Assembly (NCBI GenBank): GCA_045597125.1
Contig: JAZODR010000021.1
Span: forward strand, 22,062 to 86,061
Direction of reading: 5' to 3'
Length of the DNA stretch: 64,000 bases
DNA from: Eubacteriales bacterium
Lineage (GTDB): Bacteria; Bacillota; Clostridia; Oscillospirales; SIG627
Below, piece by piece: positions 27,596 to 36,786 of the stretch. Position numbers and translations under genes: made by a program. The notes below the pieces were generated by a model that was given only the letters and a program-made list of their open reading frames with translations, had not been told where the DNA came from and searched no databases. Within the stretch, counting starts at the first letter, position 1; every line of letters starts with the position of its first letter.

Positions 27596-28701
27596 GATAT
27601 TTTAAAATGACTCTCGCTTTGCTTGTTGTTTTTGCTTGTGTGATGCTGGGTGCCGATCAATTGGTAAGCAAGGCCCCTATCCCCTCTGATTCCGCAGAGC
27701 CGGACGAGACGCAGGCATATCAATATGACTTTTCCGAATATTTGACAATGGGGGATATCACTGCAGTTCAAGCAGAGTTTGATGATCCTACGGTATGCAC
27801 GGATAAGGAAGTGGATGCGGCGGTGTTTCAAATTCTTTTAAAGAATGCGAAATTTGAAGAAAAAAATCCGAAGCAGAGAGCGGAACGTTACAATCGGGTA
27901 ACGGTAGATCTTGCGGTTTTGCAAAATGGTCAGGCGCTTTCTGATTATAGTCAGATAAATTACGAGATTGTTATCGGCTTGAGCACTGACGATGGACGAA
28001 ATACAGTTTTGGGTGAAGCACTCATGGGCTCTGCCGTAGGGGAAGTGTGCACAGCGGATTATACCTATCCCGATGAAATTGGGGAAGGCGGTCTGAAAGG
28101 ACAAAGCGTGGTGCTTTCCGCTACGGTGAAGAAAATCGAAAAGCAGATTATTCCTGAACTGATTGATACAACGGTGGCTGAGATTTCGGGTGATACCTTT
28201 GCAACGGTACAGGAATTTCGCGAGGCTGTACGGCAGGATCTTTTGCGGGAAAAAGAGATGGCAAAGGCACAGGCGGTATGGCTTGTTATTAAGCGGGATG
28301 CTATCGTGCGCCGTTTCCCCGAGCGGGAACTGCAGGAAACGATAGAAATGTTCAAGCAGAGTTATATCCAGCTTGCTGCGCGTTTTGAATTGAGTTTGGA
28401 GCAGCTGGTGACGGTCTATATGGAATCGGATATGGAAACCTTTGAGGCGGATGCAAGAGAGTATGCCGAAGAAAAGGTAAAGAACGATATGATAATGACT
28501 CAATTGGTTCGATTGCAGAATATGACCTTGACCGATGAGGAGTACCTTGCGGGAGCGAAAGCGTATTTTGAAAAAGAAGAGAGCGATTTTGGCTCCTTTG
28601 AGGAGTTTTTGGAATATTACACCGAGGAAAATTTGCGTCGCGAGATTTTGTGGGACAAGGCCCTCAAGGCAGTAGTGGATCGCGCGGTGCGAATTGGATA
28701 A
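27592..28701 (+). CDS. Trigger-factor-like exported protein (paralogue 2, degenerate PPIase core)
   Basis: N-terminal hydrophobic segment ending in VVFAC (lipobox-like). Same architecture as paralogue 1 (…VTVDLAVLQNGQ…SATVKKIEKQIIPELID…) but without the GSGxFIxGFE motif. The start overlaps the upstream stop (ATGA). Confidence 0.55.
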   Translation: MRYFKMTLALLVVFACVMLGADQLVSKAPIPSDSAEPDETQAYQYDFSEYLTMGDITAVQAEFDDPTVCTDKEVDAAVFQILLKNAKFEEKNPKQRAERYNRVTVDLAVLQNGQALSDYSQINYEIVIGLSTDDGRNTVLGEALMGSAVGEVCTADYTYPDEIGEGGLKGQSVVLSATVKKIEKQIIPELIDTTVAEISGDTFATVQEFREAVRQDLLREKEMAKAQAVWLVIKRDAIVRRFPERELQETIEMFKQSYIQLAARFELSLEQLVTVYMESDMETFEADAREYAEEKVKNDMIMTQLVRLQNMTLTDEEYLAGAKAYFEKEESDFGSFEEFLEYYTEENLRREILWDKALKAVVDRAVRIG

Positions 28702-28713
28702 GGAAGGTTTTTT

Positions 28714-29787
28714 ATGAAAAAATGGATTGGATTCGTTTCTCTTGTATTGGCATTGCTTCTGTTTTTGGGTGCTTGCGGTAAGGAAGACGGGATTCGTTAT
28801 AACTACGATTTGGCAGAATATGTGGAGATTGGAGATGTTCACAACATTAAGGCTCCTTATGCAGATCCAAATGTTTGTACAGACTCTGAGATTGACTATG
28901 CCATTCATCAGATTATGCTCACTTACGCGGAATTTACCGCTAAAGAAGAGGACTCTGTAATTCAATTGTATGATAAAGCGGTAGTGGATTACAAAATTTT
29001 CCAAAACGGTCAGGAGATAGAGGAGTTCAGTCATTCCGAGTACGGGATTGTGGCGGGTTATGATGCCAACGGCGATCTTGATACGGCTCTTATAAAAGAA
29101 CTTATGGGCAAAAAGGTGGGGGATACTTGCAAGGTGGAGTACACATTTCCCACTGACGTTTCTCTCGGTTCTTGGGCAGGTGCGACGGTAGAATGTCAAG
29201 GCACGGTGCTGGGTATTTATCGTGCTTCGGTTCCTGAGTGTACCGATGAATTTGTGCAAAGAATTGAAAAATTGCAGTTTACAACGGTGCAGGAATTCCG
29301 CGATCAGCTGAAACTTGATATTATGTCACAAAAACAGGAAGCGAAAAAACAGCTTGTTCTGGATGCTTTTATTTCAGGGGTTAAGGTGAAGAAGTATCCT
29401 GATGCGGAAGTAAAGGATTACGTAGAGGATTATATTACCGATTTAAAGACAATGGCAGACGAAATGCAAATGGAATATGTCGATTACTTAAAAGAGTATA
29501 TGCAGGCTACTGAGGACCAGATCAATGATATTGCCTTAGAGGATGCCCGTCGCCGGGTGAAAAATGATATGGCTTGTATCCAGGCCTCCCGCATTCTGCA
29601 GGTGACATTTAGCCAAGAGGAATATAAAAAACGTTTGCAGGGATATTATGAGCAGGAGGCGGATAAATTTGCCTCTGCAGAAGAATTTGAGATTCATTAT
29701 ACCAGACCCTTTATGGAGGATTGTATCCGTTGGGATATTGCTTTTGAAGGGATGGTAGATAGTGCCGTTTCTACTTTGGAGCAATAA
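28714..29787 (+). CDS. Trigger-factor-like lipoprotein (paralogue 3, degenerate PPIase core)
   Basis: MKKWIGFVSLVLALLLFLGACGKEDG is a lipobox signal. The layout is colinear with paralogue 2 (YDKAVVDYKIFQNGQE…GTVLGIYRASVPECTDEFV…). Confidence 0.55.
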   Translation: MKKWIGFVSLVLALLLFLGACGKEDGIRYNYDLAEYVEIGDVHNIKAPYADPNVCTDSEIDYAIHQIMLTYAEFTAKEEDSVIQLYDKAVVDYKIFQNGQEIEEFSHSEYGIVAGYDANGDLDTALIKELMGKKVGDTCKVEYTFPTDVSLGSWAGATVECQGTVLGIYRASVPECTDEFVQRIEKLQFTTVQEFRDQLKLDIMSQKQEAKKQLVLDAFISGVKVKKYPDAEVKDYVEDYITDLKTMADEMQMEYVDYLKEYMQATEDQINDIALEDARRRVKNDMACIQASRILQVTFSQEEYKKRLQGYYEQEADKFASAEEFEIHYTRPFMEDCIRWDIAFEGMVDSAVSTLEQ

Positions 29788-29809
29788 AAAAGCCCCACGA
29801 AAGTGGGGC
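29786..29809. terminator. Hairpin between convergent genes (T-run only on the minus strand)
   Basis: GCCCCAC-GAAA-GTGGGGC. On the minus strand it is followed by TTTTTTATT, so it terminates the LysR gene. Confidence 0.6.
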
Positions 29810-29815
29810 AAGGGA

Positions 29816-30691
29816 TTATAATTTTTCCTGACAAAGTGCCAAAAAGTTTTTAGTGGCTTTGGATTGAAAACTGTTTTTCATTGTTACTATGGCGCGCTGG
29901 GTAGTCAGCTCTCGACTGTCGATGATTTTATAGGCGAGTTTTTTGCGGCAGAAGGAAAGGCTGTTTTCGGGAACGATGGCAATTCCCAGACCCGCCTCTG
30001 CCCAGTTCAGATTCAAGGTGAGCTGCTTATTTCTTGCACGGATATTGGGGCGGAATAATTCTTGCGCACACAACGTATTGAACATATCCTCGTAGCGACG
30101 GATGATAAGAATGGGTTTATCTTTCAGATCGTGAAGAGAAATTACCTGATCTTCTTTTTCAAAGGAGAATACCTCGGGATCGTACGCGCAGACCAGTCGT
30201 TCGTCGCTGATGTAAAATACGTCCATTTCGGGGCTGATGGGGCAGGGAGTGCTGACTACGCCAATATCTGCAGAGCCATTCTCCAGAAGATGGAGAATGT
30301 CCTCGGACTCTTTTTCCAGAATCTCGTAGGTAATCAGGGGATACTGCTTGGTAAAGAGCGGAATAATCTCTTGCAGTAAATTGATTTCTCCCGATTGAAT
30401 GGTAGCAATTTTCAGACAGCCCAACTCTCCTGTGCAGGTGTCGGAAATCTCGCTGAGCATGGCATTTTCCAGAAGGATGATTTTTTTGGCTCGCTCATAA
30501 AACAGTTTTCCCGCATCGGTCAGCCGTTGGTGGCGGGAATTACGCTCGATGAGAGTGGTATTCAATCCTTTTTCTAAAGCTTTCAGTTGATTGGAGAGGG
30601 CAGGCTGGGCAATAAAAAGCTTTTTGGACGCAGAGGTCAAGGAGCCTGAATCCACGATTTCCACAAAATTACGCAGGGTTTTAATATCCAT
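29816..30691 (-). CDS. LysR-family transcriptional regulator
   Basis: MDIKTLRNFVEIVDSGSLTSASKKLFIAQPALSNQLKALEKGL is the LysR wHTH, followed by a ~200-aa substrate-binding domain. Confidence 0.85.
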   Translation of the reverse strand: MDIKTLRNFVEIVDSGSLTSASKKLFIAQPALSNQLKALEKGLNTTLIERNSRHQRLTDAGKLFYERAKKIILLENAMLSEISDTCTGELGCLKIATIQSGEINLLQEIIPLFTKQYPLITYEILEKESEDILHLLENGSADIGVVSTPCPISPEMDVFYISDERLVCAYDPEVFSFEKEDQVISLHDLKDKPILIIRRYEDMFNTLCAQELFRPNIRARNKQLTLNLNWAEAGLGIAIVPENSLSFCRKKLAYKIIDSRELTTQRAIVTMKNSFQSKATKNFLALCQEKL

Positions 30692-30815
30692 GATAATTAC
30701 CTATTTCCTTTCGTTATAGGAAAAATGAAAAATATTAAAAATCATTATAGATTCAGTATATACTAAAAAATAAAAAAAATCAAGATAAATTTTAAATTTG
30801 GAGTGAGGCATCGAA

Positions 30816-31679
30816 ATGAGGCGAAAAAACATAATGGTTTCCTATGGGGTGATTTTGGCGATGGCGTGTTTGATGGCGCTGAATTATCGCATTTTGATCT
30901 TGGAAAACGCCTTTGCTCCGGCAGGGCTGAACGGCATAGCCACTATGATTCAGTATAAACTGAATTTCAGCGTAGGGTATATGAGTCTTTTGATTAACGT
31001 TCCTCTTTGCGTGGTTGCATTTTTCTTTGTGGATCGGGATTATGCGATGAAAAGTCTTGCTTTTTCTGTTTCCTTTTCTTTGTTTTTGCTTTTGTTTCAA
31101 TATGGTATTGATTTGGAGAATTTTGTGTATAAAACTTCCAGCAGCACTATTTTGGCTCCTCTGACGGCGGGTGTAATCAATGGTTTTATTTACGGGAATG
31201 TAATTCGCTCCAACGGTTCTACCGGCGGGACGGATATTGTAGCTGCTTGTGTTCACGAAAAGAAGCCGGAAATGAATTTGGTGTGGATTATTTTTGGCAT
31301 GAATTGCGCGGTGGCGGGCGCTTCTTACTTTGTGTATGATCATAAGCTTGAGCCTGTCATTTTGTGTATTCTTTATTCCTTTTTGACCAGCAAGGTCAGT
31401 GACTCTATTTTGCGCGGCGGTAAGGAGCAGCTGAAGTTTGAGATTATTACCAAGAGCCATGGGGAAATGAGTCGCGAGATTATGGAAAAGCTTCATCACG
31501 GCGTAACGGTCATACCTGCCAAGGGAATGTATTCGGGCTCGGATCTTAGCATGGTGGTTTGTATTATCAATAAGCATCAGATCGCAAAGCTTCGCACCAT
31601 TATTGATTCTTACCCCGGTTCCTTTGCTAATGTAACTCAGGCAAATGAAATATTTGGTAATTTTAAGACTGTTAAATAA
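30816..31679 (+). CDS. YitT-family membrane protein (with a DUF2179-type C-terminal domain)
   Basis: APAGLNGIATMIQY, STGGTDIVAACV and C-terminal HGVTVIPAKGMYSG...CIINKHQIAKLRTIIDS are YitT-like. Confidence 0.7.
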   Translation: MRRKNIMVSYGVILAMACLMALNYRILILENAFAPAGLNGIATMIQYKLNFSVGYMSLLINVPLCVVAFFFVDRDYAMKSLAFSVSFSLFLLLFQYGIDLENFVYKTSSSTILAPLTAGVINGFIYGNVIRSNGSTGGTDIVAACVHEKKPEMNLVWIIFGMNCAVAGASYFVYDHKLEPVILCILYSFLTSKVSDSILRGGKEQLKFEIITKSHGEMSREIMEKLHHGVTVIPAKGMYSGSDLSMVVCIINKHQIAKLRTIIDSYPGSFANVTQANEIFGNFKTVK

Positions 31680-31709
31680 AGGGCTGAAAAACAGCCCTTT
31701 ATTTTTTTT
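31678..31709 (+). terminator. Rho-independent terminator after the yitT-like gene
   Basis: AAAGGGCTG-AAAAA-CAGCCCTTT followed by ATTTTTTTT. Confidence 0.8.
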
Positions 31710-31772
31710 GTCATTGCGTGTCAGTACTCTTTTCGTGTATCATCCGCTCAACGAAACAAACAAGGAGGCACT

Positions 31773-33350
31773 ATGAAGCAAACAGAAACGAAATTTCTCA
31801 CAGAGGATTTCAAACTTTTGGAAAAGGGCAGGGAATATAACCGAACCATTGCCCTGTACGATACAGTCAACCGCAATGAACGCTTTTATCGCGGCGACCA
31901 ATGGCACGGCGTAGAAAAGGGGGATCTGCCTACACCGGTATTCAACCTGTTTAAGCGTGTTATCAACTATTTCGTTTCCACGATTATGAGCCAGAAAATG
32001 TCGGTTCATTTTGCGGCGGAGGGAATGGAAATCTTTCACGATAAAGAAAAGCGAATCCGTATTGAGGAGGCTTGCAGACTTCTGACCCGTTATGCCAATT
32101 ATCGCTTTGATCGTGATAAGTTGGATGATCTCTTAACGCGAGGTCTTTTGGATGCTGCGGTGACGGGAGATATGTTTCTTTATGTGTATTGGGACCATGA
32201 GAAAAAGACAGCGCAGGGCTTTAAGGGAGATTTTGTAACGACCCTTGTGGATAGTACTCAAGTCTTTTTCGGGGATGTAAACACTCCTGAGGTGGAGGCA
32301 CAGCCTTATATTCTTTTGACGGGTAGGGAACTGGTTTCCAAACTGCGTCAAGAGGCATTGGAAAATGGAGCCACTGAGGAAGAAGTGGCAAAGATTGTTT
32401 CTGATCGTGATACCGAAAGCCAAAGCGGAGATTACGGAAAAATGGAGCTGGCGGATACAAAGGCAAGCTATGTAATTTGTATGTATAAAAAGGATGGCAC
32501 TGTTCGATTCCGCAAAAGCTGCAAAGAGCTTGTGATCGTGCCGGAACGCGATACGGGTTTAAGCCTTTATCCTGTGGTTTTATTAAATTGGGAGCGTGTA
32601 AAAAATTCCTACCATGGTCAGGCGGCTGCAACCAATTTGGTGGATAACCAGCTTTACATTAACAAAGCCTTTGCTATGGTGATGAAGCATATGATGGATG
32701 TTTCTTTTTCAAAGGTAATTTATAACGCAAATATTATCGATGAATGGACGGGTGAGATTGGTGAGGCGATAGCGGTAAACGGGCCTGTGGAACATGCCGC
32801 TGATCGTCTGGATCCCGGCAGTTTACAGGCAGGTTTTCTGGACATTATTCGAATGACTATGACCGTTACCAAGGAACTGATGGGAGCCACCGATGCGGCG
32901 CTGGGAAATGTTACGCCCGACAATACCAGTGCAATTATTGCTCTGCAGCAAAGCTCCGCCGTACCGCTGGAACTGCAGAAAAGGGCGCTCTATACGGCGG
33001 TAGAGCGTCTGGGTATGATTTGGCTGGATTTTATTCTGGGCTTTTACGACGAATCTCGTATTATGCTTTTCCGAGAGAAGGGAGAACTTCTGGGCGGAAC
33101 CATTTCATCGCGGGAGATGAAGAATATTCTCTTCTCTTGTACCACACAGGCAGGCGCTTCCAGTCATTGGAGTGAAATTGCTCAGATTTCTACCTTGGAC
33201 CGTCTTCTTACCTCGGGTAATATTCGATTCTCACAGTATTTGGAGCGTATTCCCGACGGTTATATTTCGAAGCGTGAGGAACTTTTGGAAGAAGTAAAAC
33301 AAGAAGAAGACGTGCTTGCTACCCAATCTGATTTTCCGGCAAACGCCTGA
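31773..33350 (+). CDS. Phage portal-like protein
   Basis: 525 aa. N-terminal NRNERFYRGDQWHG...LPTPVFNLFKRVINYFVS resembles the portal N-terminal motif. It sits directly upstream of scaffold-like and capsid-like genes. AAGGAGG SD. Confidence 0.65.
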   Translation: MKQTETKFLTEDFKLLEKGREYNRTIALYDTVNRNERFYRGDQWHGVEKGDLPTPVFNLFKRVINYFVSTIMSQKMSVHFAAEGMEIFHDKEKRIRIEEACRLLTRYANYRFDRDKLDDLLTRGLLDAAVTGDMFLYVYWDHEKKTAQGFKGDFVTTLVDSTQVFFGDVNTPEVEAQPYILLTGRELVSKLRQEALENGATEEEVAKIVSDRDTESQSGDYGKMELADTKASYVICMYKKDGTVRFRKSCKELVIVPERDTGLSLYPVVLLNWERVKNSYHGQAAATNLVDNQLYINKAFAMVMKHMMDVSFSKVIYNANIIDEWTGEIGEAIAVNGPVEHAADRLDPGSLQAGFLDIIRMTMTVTKELMGATDAALGNVTPDNTSAIIALQQSSAVPLELQKRALYTAVERLGMIWLDFILGFYDESRIMLFREKGELLGGTISSREMKNILFSCTTQAGASSHWSEIAQISTLDRLLTSGNIRFSQYLERIPDGYISKREELLEEVKQEEDVLATQSDFPANA

Positions 33351-33379
33351 AAATAAATGAATAAAAAAAGGAGGACATT

Positions 33380-33793
33380 ATGAAGAAGAAAAAGGAAAAA
33401 GAAGTACCTGTAGAACAGATGCTTCCCGCCCAAACTCCTGAATCCGAGGAAGCAGGAGTTTCTGCTGAGGACTGGATGGAGGAGGATATTGAACTCTTTC
33501 GCAGTTTATTTCCCGAGGTAAAGGGAGAGGACATCCCTCAGGAGGTATGGGACCGCGTAGAGCACGGCGAAAGTCTTGCGGCAAGCTATGCGCTCTATGC
33601 TGTACAGCAGTACCGAGAAGAGGAAAGAGTCAGCCGTATCAATGAGGAAAACGGCAAAAAGGCACCGCCTCCCATCGAAGGAAGCTCTGCCGAAGGCGAC
33701 TACTTTTCTCCGGAAGCGGTGAAGAGTATGAGCCGTAGCGAAATTCGCAAAAACTACAACAAAATTTTATCTTCCATGGAAAAATGGAACTAA
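33380..33793 (+). CDS. Phage scaffolding-like protein (acidic, helical)
   Basis: 137 aa and very acidic (EQMLPAQTPESEEAGVSAEDWMEEDIELF), placed between the portal and capsid genes. AGGAGG SD. Confidence 0.45.
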   Translation: MKKKKEKEVPVEQMLPAQTPESEEAGVSAEDWMEEDIELFRSLFPEVKGEDIPQEVWDRVEHGESLAASYALYAVQQYREEERVSRINEENGKKAPPPIEGSSAEGDYFSPEAVKSMSRSEIRKNYNKILSSMEKWN

Positions 33794-33813
33794 AAAAGAA
33801 AGGATGAAACATT

Positions 33814-34650
33814 ATGGCAATTCAAAATTTTATTCCCACACTTTGGAGTGAAACTCTTTATACGGAGCTGGAAAAGGACTATGTGGGTGTCCGACTTTGC
33901 TCCCGTGACTTTGAAGGAGAAATCCGTGGAGAGGGTGACCGCGTTAAAATTTGCGGCGTAGGACCCGTAACCGTATTCGACTACCACAAAAACCAGGATA
34001 TGCCTGCCGCAGAGGTGCTTTCCGATACGGAGAGAACCTTGGTTATCGATCAGGCAAAAGGCTTTAACTTCTTTCTGGATTCTATTGATCTTGCTCAGTC
34101 TAAAAAGGGCTTGATGCAGGCGGCAATGAAGGAGGCATCCGGTGCTCTTTCCGACGTGGCGGATCGCTACATTTACTCTTTGACCGATGAGAACGTAGCA
34201 GAGCTTGAGAATAGCGCAGCTACCAGCACCAACATTATCAGCACGATTGCAGAGGCAAGAAAAATGCTGATGGAAAACAATGTGCCCAATTCTGCCAAGG
34301 TATCTTTGGAGGTTTCCCCTGCCATCGAGCAGAAGCTGGTGCTTGCCAAGGTTCTTCGTTCTACCGACAACGTAGAGGCACTGGGCAGAGGATACATTGG
34401 CTCCTTTATGGGCTTTGATATTTATGTAACTAACAATATTACCCCTAATGATGACGGTTCTTATCGTTGTATTGCCAGAACCGGAAGAGCGATTGCCTTT
34501 GCCGAGCAGGTATCTGCGGTAAAAGCCTACGAGCCTGAGCTTCGTCACGGTGACGCAGTAAAGGGTCTGCATCTGTACGGTGCTAAGATTATTTACCCCA
34601 AGGAAATGGTATTTTTGAACCTGACTCCTGGGGAAGAAGAAATGATCTGA
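33814..34650 (+). CDS. Phage major capsid-like protein
   Basis: MAIQNFIPTLWSETLYTELEKDYVGV...RDFEGEIRGEGDRVKI matches the N-terminal pattern (FIPEIWS...Y-x-G-x-I...GDTVKI) that I recall from P22-coat-like capsid proteins of Firmicute phages. The position after the scaffold gene agrees. Confidence 0.65.
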   Translation: MAIQNFIPTLWSETLYTELEKDYVGVRLCSRDFEGEIRGEGDRVKICGVGPVTVFDYHKNQDMPAAEVLSDTERTLVIDQAKGFNFFLDSIDLAQSKKGLMQAAMKEASGALSDVADRYIYSLTDENVAELENSAATSTNIISTIAEARKMLMENNVPNSAKVSLEVSPAIEQKLVLAKVLRSTDNVEALGRGYIGSFMGFDIYVTNNITPNDDGSYRCIARTGRAIAFAEQVSAVKAYEPELRHGDAVKGLHLYGAKIIYPKEMVFLNLTPGEEEMI

Positions 34651-34681
34651 TTATTTTTGCATCAGGAAAGGGAGGAAGGAT

Positions 34682-35065
34682 ATGAAATGTGCTGAAGATA
34701 TCTATCATAGAAGTCTTGCTCTCATGGGAGAAACACCGGGGGAAGAAAATCAGATTTTCAAGGAACGGGCAGTGCCTATTATCAATGTACTCCTGTCACA
34801 GCTTTTTGAACTGGAAATTGCGCTTAGGGGAGAGAAGTATTCCGTAGAAACGGTCATTCCGCAAATTACTTCTCTGAAGGATGTTCTTTCCTTATGTGAT
34901 CCGATTCTTTACACGGTAATTCCTTTGGGACTTGCGGGTTTTCTCCTGATGGAAGAAGAAATGGAGCGAGGAAGATTTTTCCTCCAGTTGTATCATACTG
35001 AGGTGGAGCTTTTGCAAGCCAGAAGTTTACGCGGTGTCCGTCATAAAATTACAAGGAGCGTGTAA
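34682..35065 (+). CDS. Hypothetical protein (position suggests a head-completion/adaptor role)
   Basis: 127 aa with GGGAGGAAGG SD. No family recognised; the role is inferred from position only. Confidence 0.35.
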   Translation: MKCAEDIYHRSLALMGETPGEENQIFKERAVPIINVLLSQLFELEIALRGEKYSVETVIPQITSLKDVLSLCDPILYTVIPLGLAGFLLMEEEMERGRFFLQLYHTEVELLQARSLRGVRHKITRSV

Positions 35066-35068
35066 GGT

Positions 35069-36772
35069 ATGGCAAAGGATTTTACGTTGCGTGTGGAGGA
35101 GTTTGCGGGGATGAGATTGTCCGCGGACAATACCGATGAGCTTTCTGTGGGCAACGGTGCGGATATGGTCAATTTCCGTATTACCCAGGCAAAAAAACTA
35201 AAACGTCGAGAAGGTTATTCTCGGGTATTTAATGCTCCTTCTAATTTGAGAGGAATTTTTTGCGGTAGTGTAGGAGGTGTGACGCACTATCTGGCTGCCT
35301 GTGGAAATCGACTTTACACTTCCACCGAGGGGTTTGACCGTCTTGAGCCTTTGGAAACAGAATTGGGCGGAGAGGATCGCGTGTTCTTTTTTCCTTTTCA
35401 CTCTAAGCTTTATCTGCTTACAGGGGAGAATATTTACCACTATGACGGTGCTACCTTATCTATTATTGAGCCGTACATTCCACTGATTATGATTTGTACC
35501 CCGCCCCAAGGAAGCGGAATCGTATATGAGGATGTCAATCTTTTGACTCGCAGGGTGCGCCAAAGATTTTCTCCTGACGGATACAAAACCATTTTCCCCG
35601 CTGCGGTAGAAAACGTGGATGCCATTGACTGGGTCAAGATCAATGGATTCATACAGCGAGAAGATAGCTATTATTTCGATTATGATAATAGTTCCTTTGA
35701 ATTTGTGGGTGCTCCAAGAATGGGAACAGATACCGTGGAGATTCAGTACGTAATCGCTAAGGAGGATGTATCGGACCGTATTAAAAAATGCTGTTTTGCT
35801 ACGGCATTTGGTGGGGCGAATGATACACGAGCTTTTTTGTACGGTAATCCCGATAGTCCTGCGGTGCGCTATCATAGCGGTATCGTAGATGGAAAACCTT
35901 CCTTTACCTATTTCCCCGAAACAGCCTTTTCCCTGGTGGGAACGGGCGATCCCATCACTGCCATTTGTCGCCATTATGACCGACAGTTGATTTTTACTGC
36001 GGGCAGTGCCTATTATTCTTATTTGGAATATATGACAGGGTCGGAGGGAAGGCTGATTGCAGGCTTTCCTATCCTTCCTTTGAACGAAGAGAGAGGCTGT
36101 GTTGCTCCCGGTCAGGCAATTTTGGTGAAAAACACTCCTTATACTCTTGCCGAGGACGGTTTATTTCAATGGATTTCAACCAATATCCGCGATGAGCGAA
36201 ACGCAGAATGTATGTCCGAACCCATCAATCACGCCTTGCAAAAAGAAGTGCTATCAAGCGCGATTTTGTTCAATCGCAAGGAGCAATCGGAATTGTACTT
36301 ATGCGTAGGAGAAAATTGTTATGTGTACAATTATCGGTTGAAGCTGTTTTATCGGTACAGAGTACCTCGTATTCTCGGATTCTGTCGGGGAGAACAACTG
36401 TATTTTTATACAGAGGACGGAATTTTTTCTCTTGGCGGCAATACGGATGACGGGCAAAAAATCAAGGCGGTATGGAAGTCTAAGCTTTTGGATTTTTCTG
36501 ATAAGCAAAGGATAAAGAAATTATTTGGAACTACGCTCATTGCCAAGGGTGGACTTGGAAGTGAACTTCTGCTTTCCTTTCGAGAGGAAAATGAAACGGA
36601 AAAAATTACAAAGCGGGTACATTTTTCCGGAAATCCCGAAGGAGAAAGGATTCACCTGGATACGCCCAAAAGGCGATTTGGGGCATTGGAGATTAGCCTT
36701 GAAACCGATAGTGAGGAAAGCGTACATATTTTGGCGCTACTTCTAAAGGGGAGAATTACAGATGCAAAATAG
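35069..36772 (+). CDS. Hypothetical large protein in the phage-like module (possible virion/tail-hub component)
   Basis: 567 aa and rich in short aromatic beta-strand-like repeats (LYLLTGENIYHYDG, LYLCVGENCYVYNY, LYFYTEDGIFSLGG) that suggest a repeated beta fold. No family recognised. Confidence 0.35.
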   Translation: MAKDFTLRVEEFAGMRLSADNTDELSVGNGADMVNFRITQAKKLKRREGYSRVFNAPSNLRGIFCGSVGGVTHYLAACGNRLYTSTEGFDRLEPLETELGGEDRVFFFPFHSKLYLLTGENIYHYDGATLSIIEPYIPLIMICTPPQGSGIVYEDVNLLTRRVRQRFSPDGYKTIFPAAVENVDAIDWVKINGFIQREDSYYFDYDNSSFEFVGAPRMGTDTVEIQYVIAKEDVSDRIKKCCFATAFGGANDTRAFLYGNPDSPAVRYHSGIVDGKPSFTYFPETAFSLVGTGDPITAICRHYDRQLIFTAGSAYYSYLEYMTGSEGRLIAGFPILPLNEERGCVAPGQAILVKNTPYTLAEDGLFQWISTNIRDERNAECMSEPINHALQKEVLSSAILFNRKEQSELYLCVGENCYVYNYRLKLFYRYRVPRILGFCRGEQLYFYTEDGIFSLGGNTDDGQKIKAVWKSKLLDFSDKQRIKKLFGTTLIAKGGLGSELLLSFREENETEKITKRVHFSGNPEGERIHLDTPKRRFGALEISLETDSEESVHILALLLKGRITDAK

Positions 36773-36786
36773 GAAAGGAGAAAGGA

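Noticed and set aside
27838-29259. 473-aa ORF antisense to trigger-factor-like paralogues 2 and 3
   Set aside because: It spans two sense genes plus their intergenic gap. The composition is not protein-like (many I, F, H, R, C and Q) and there is no SD.
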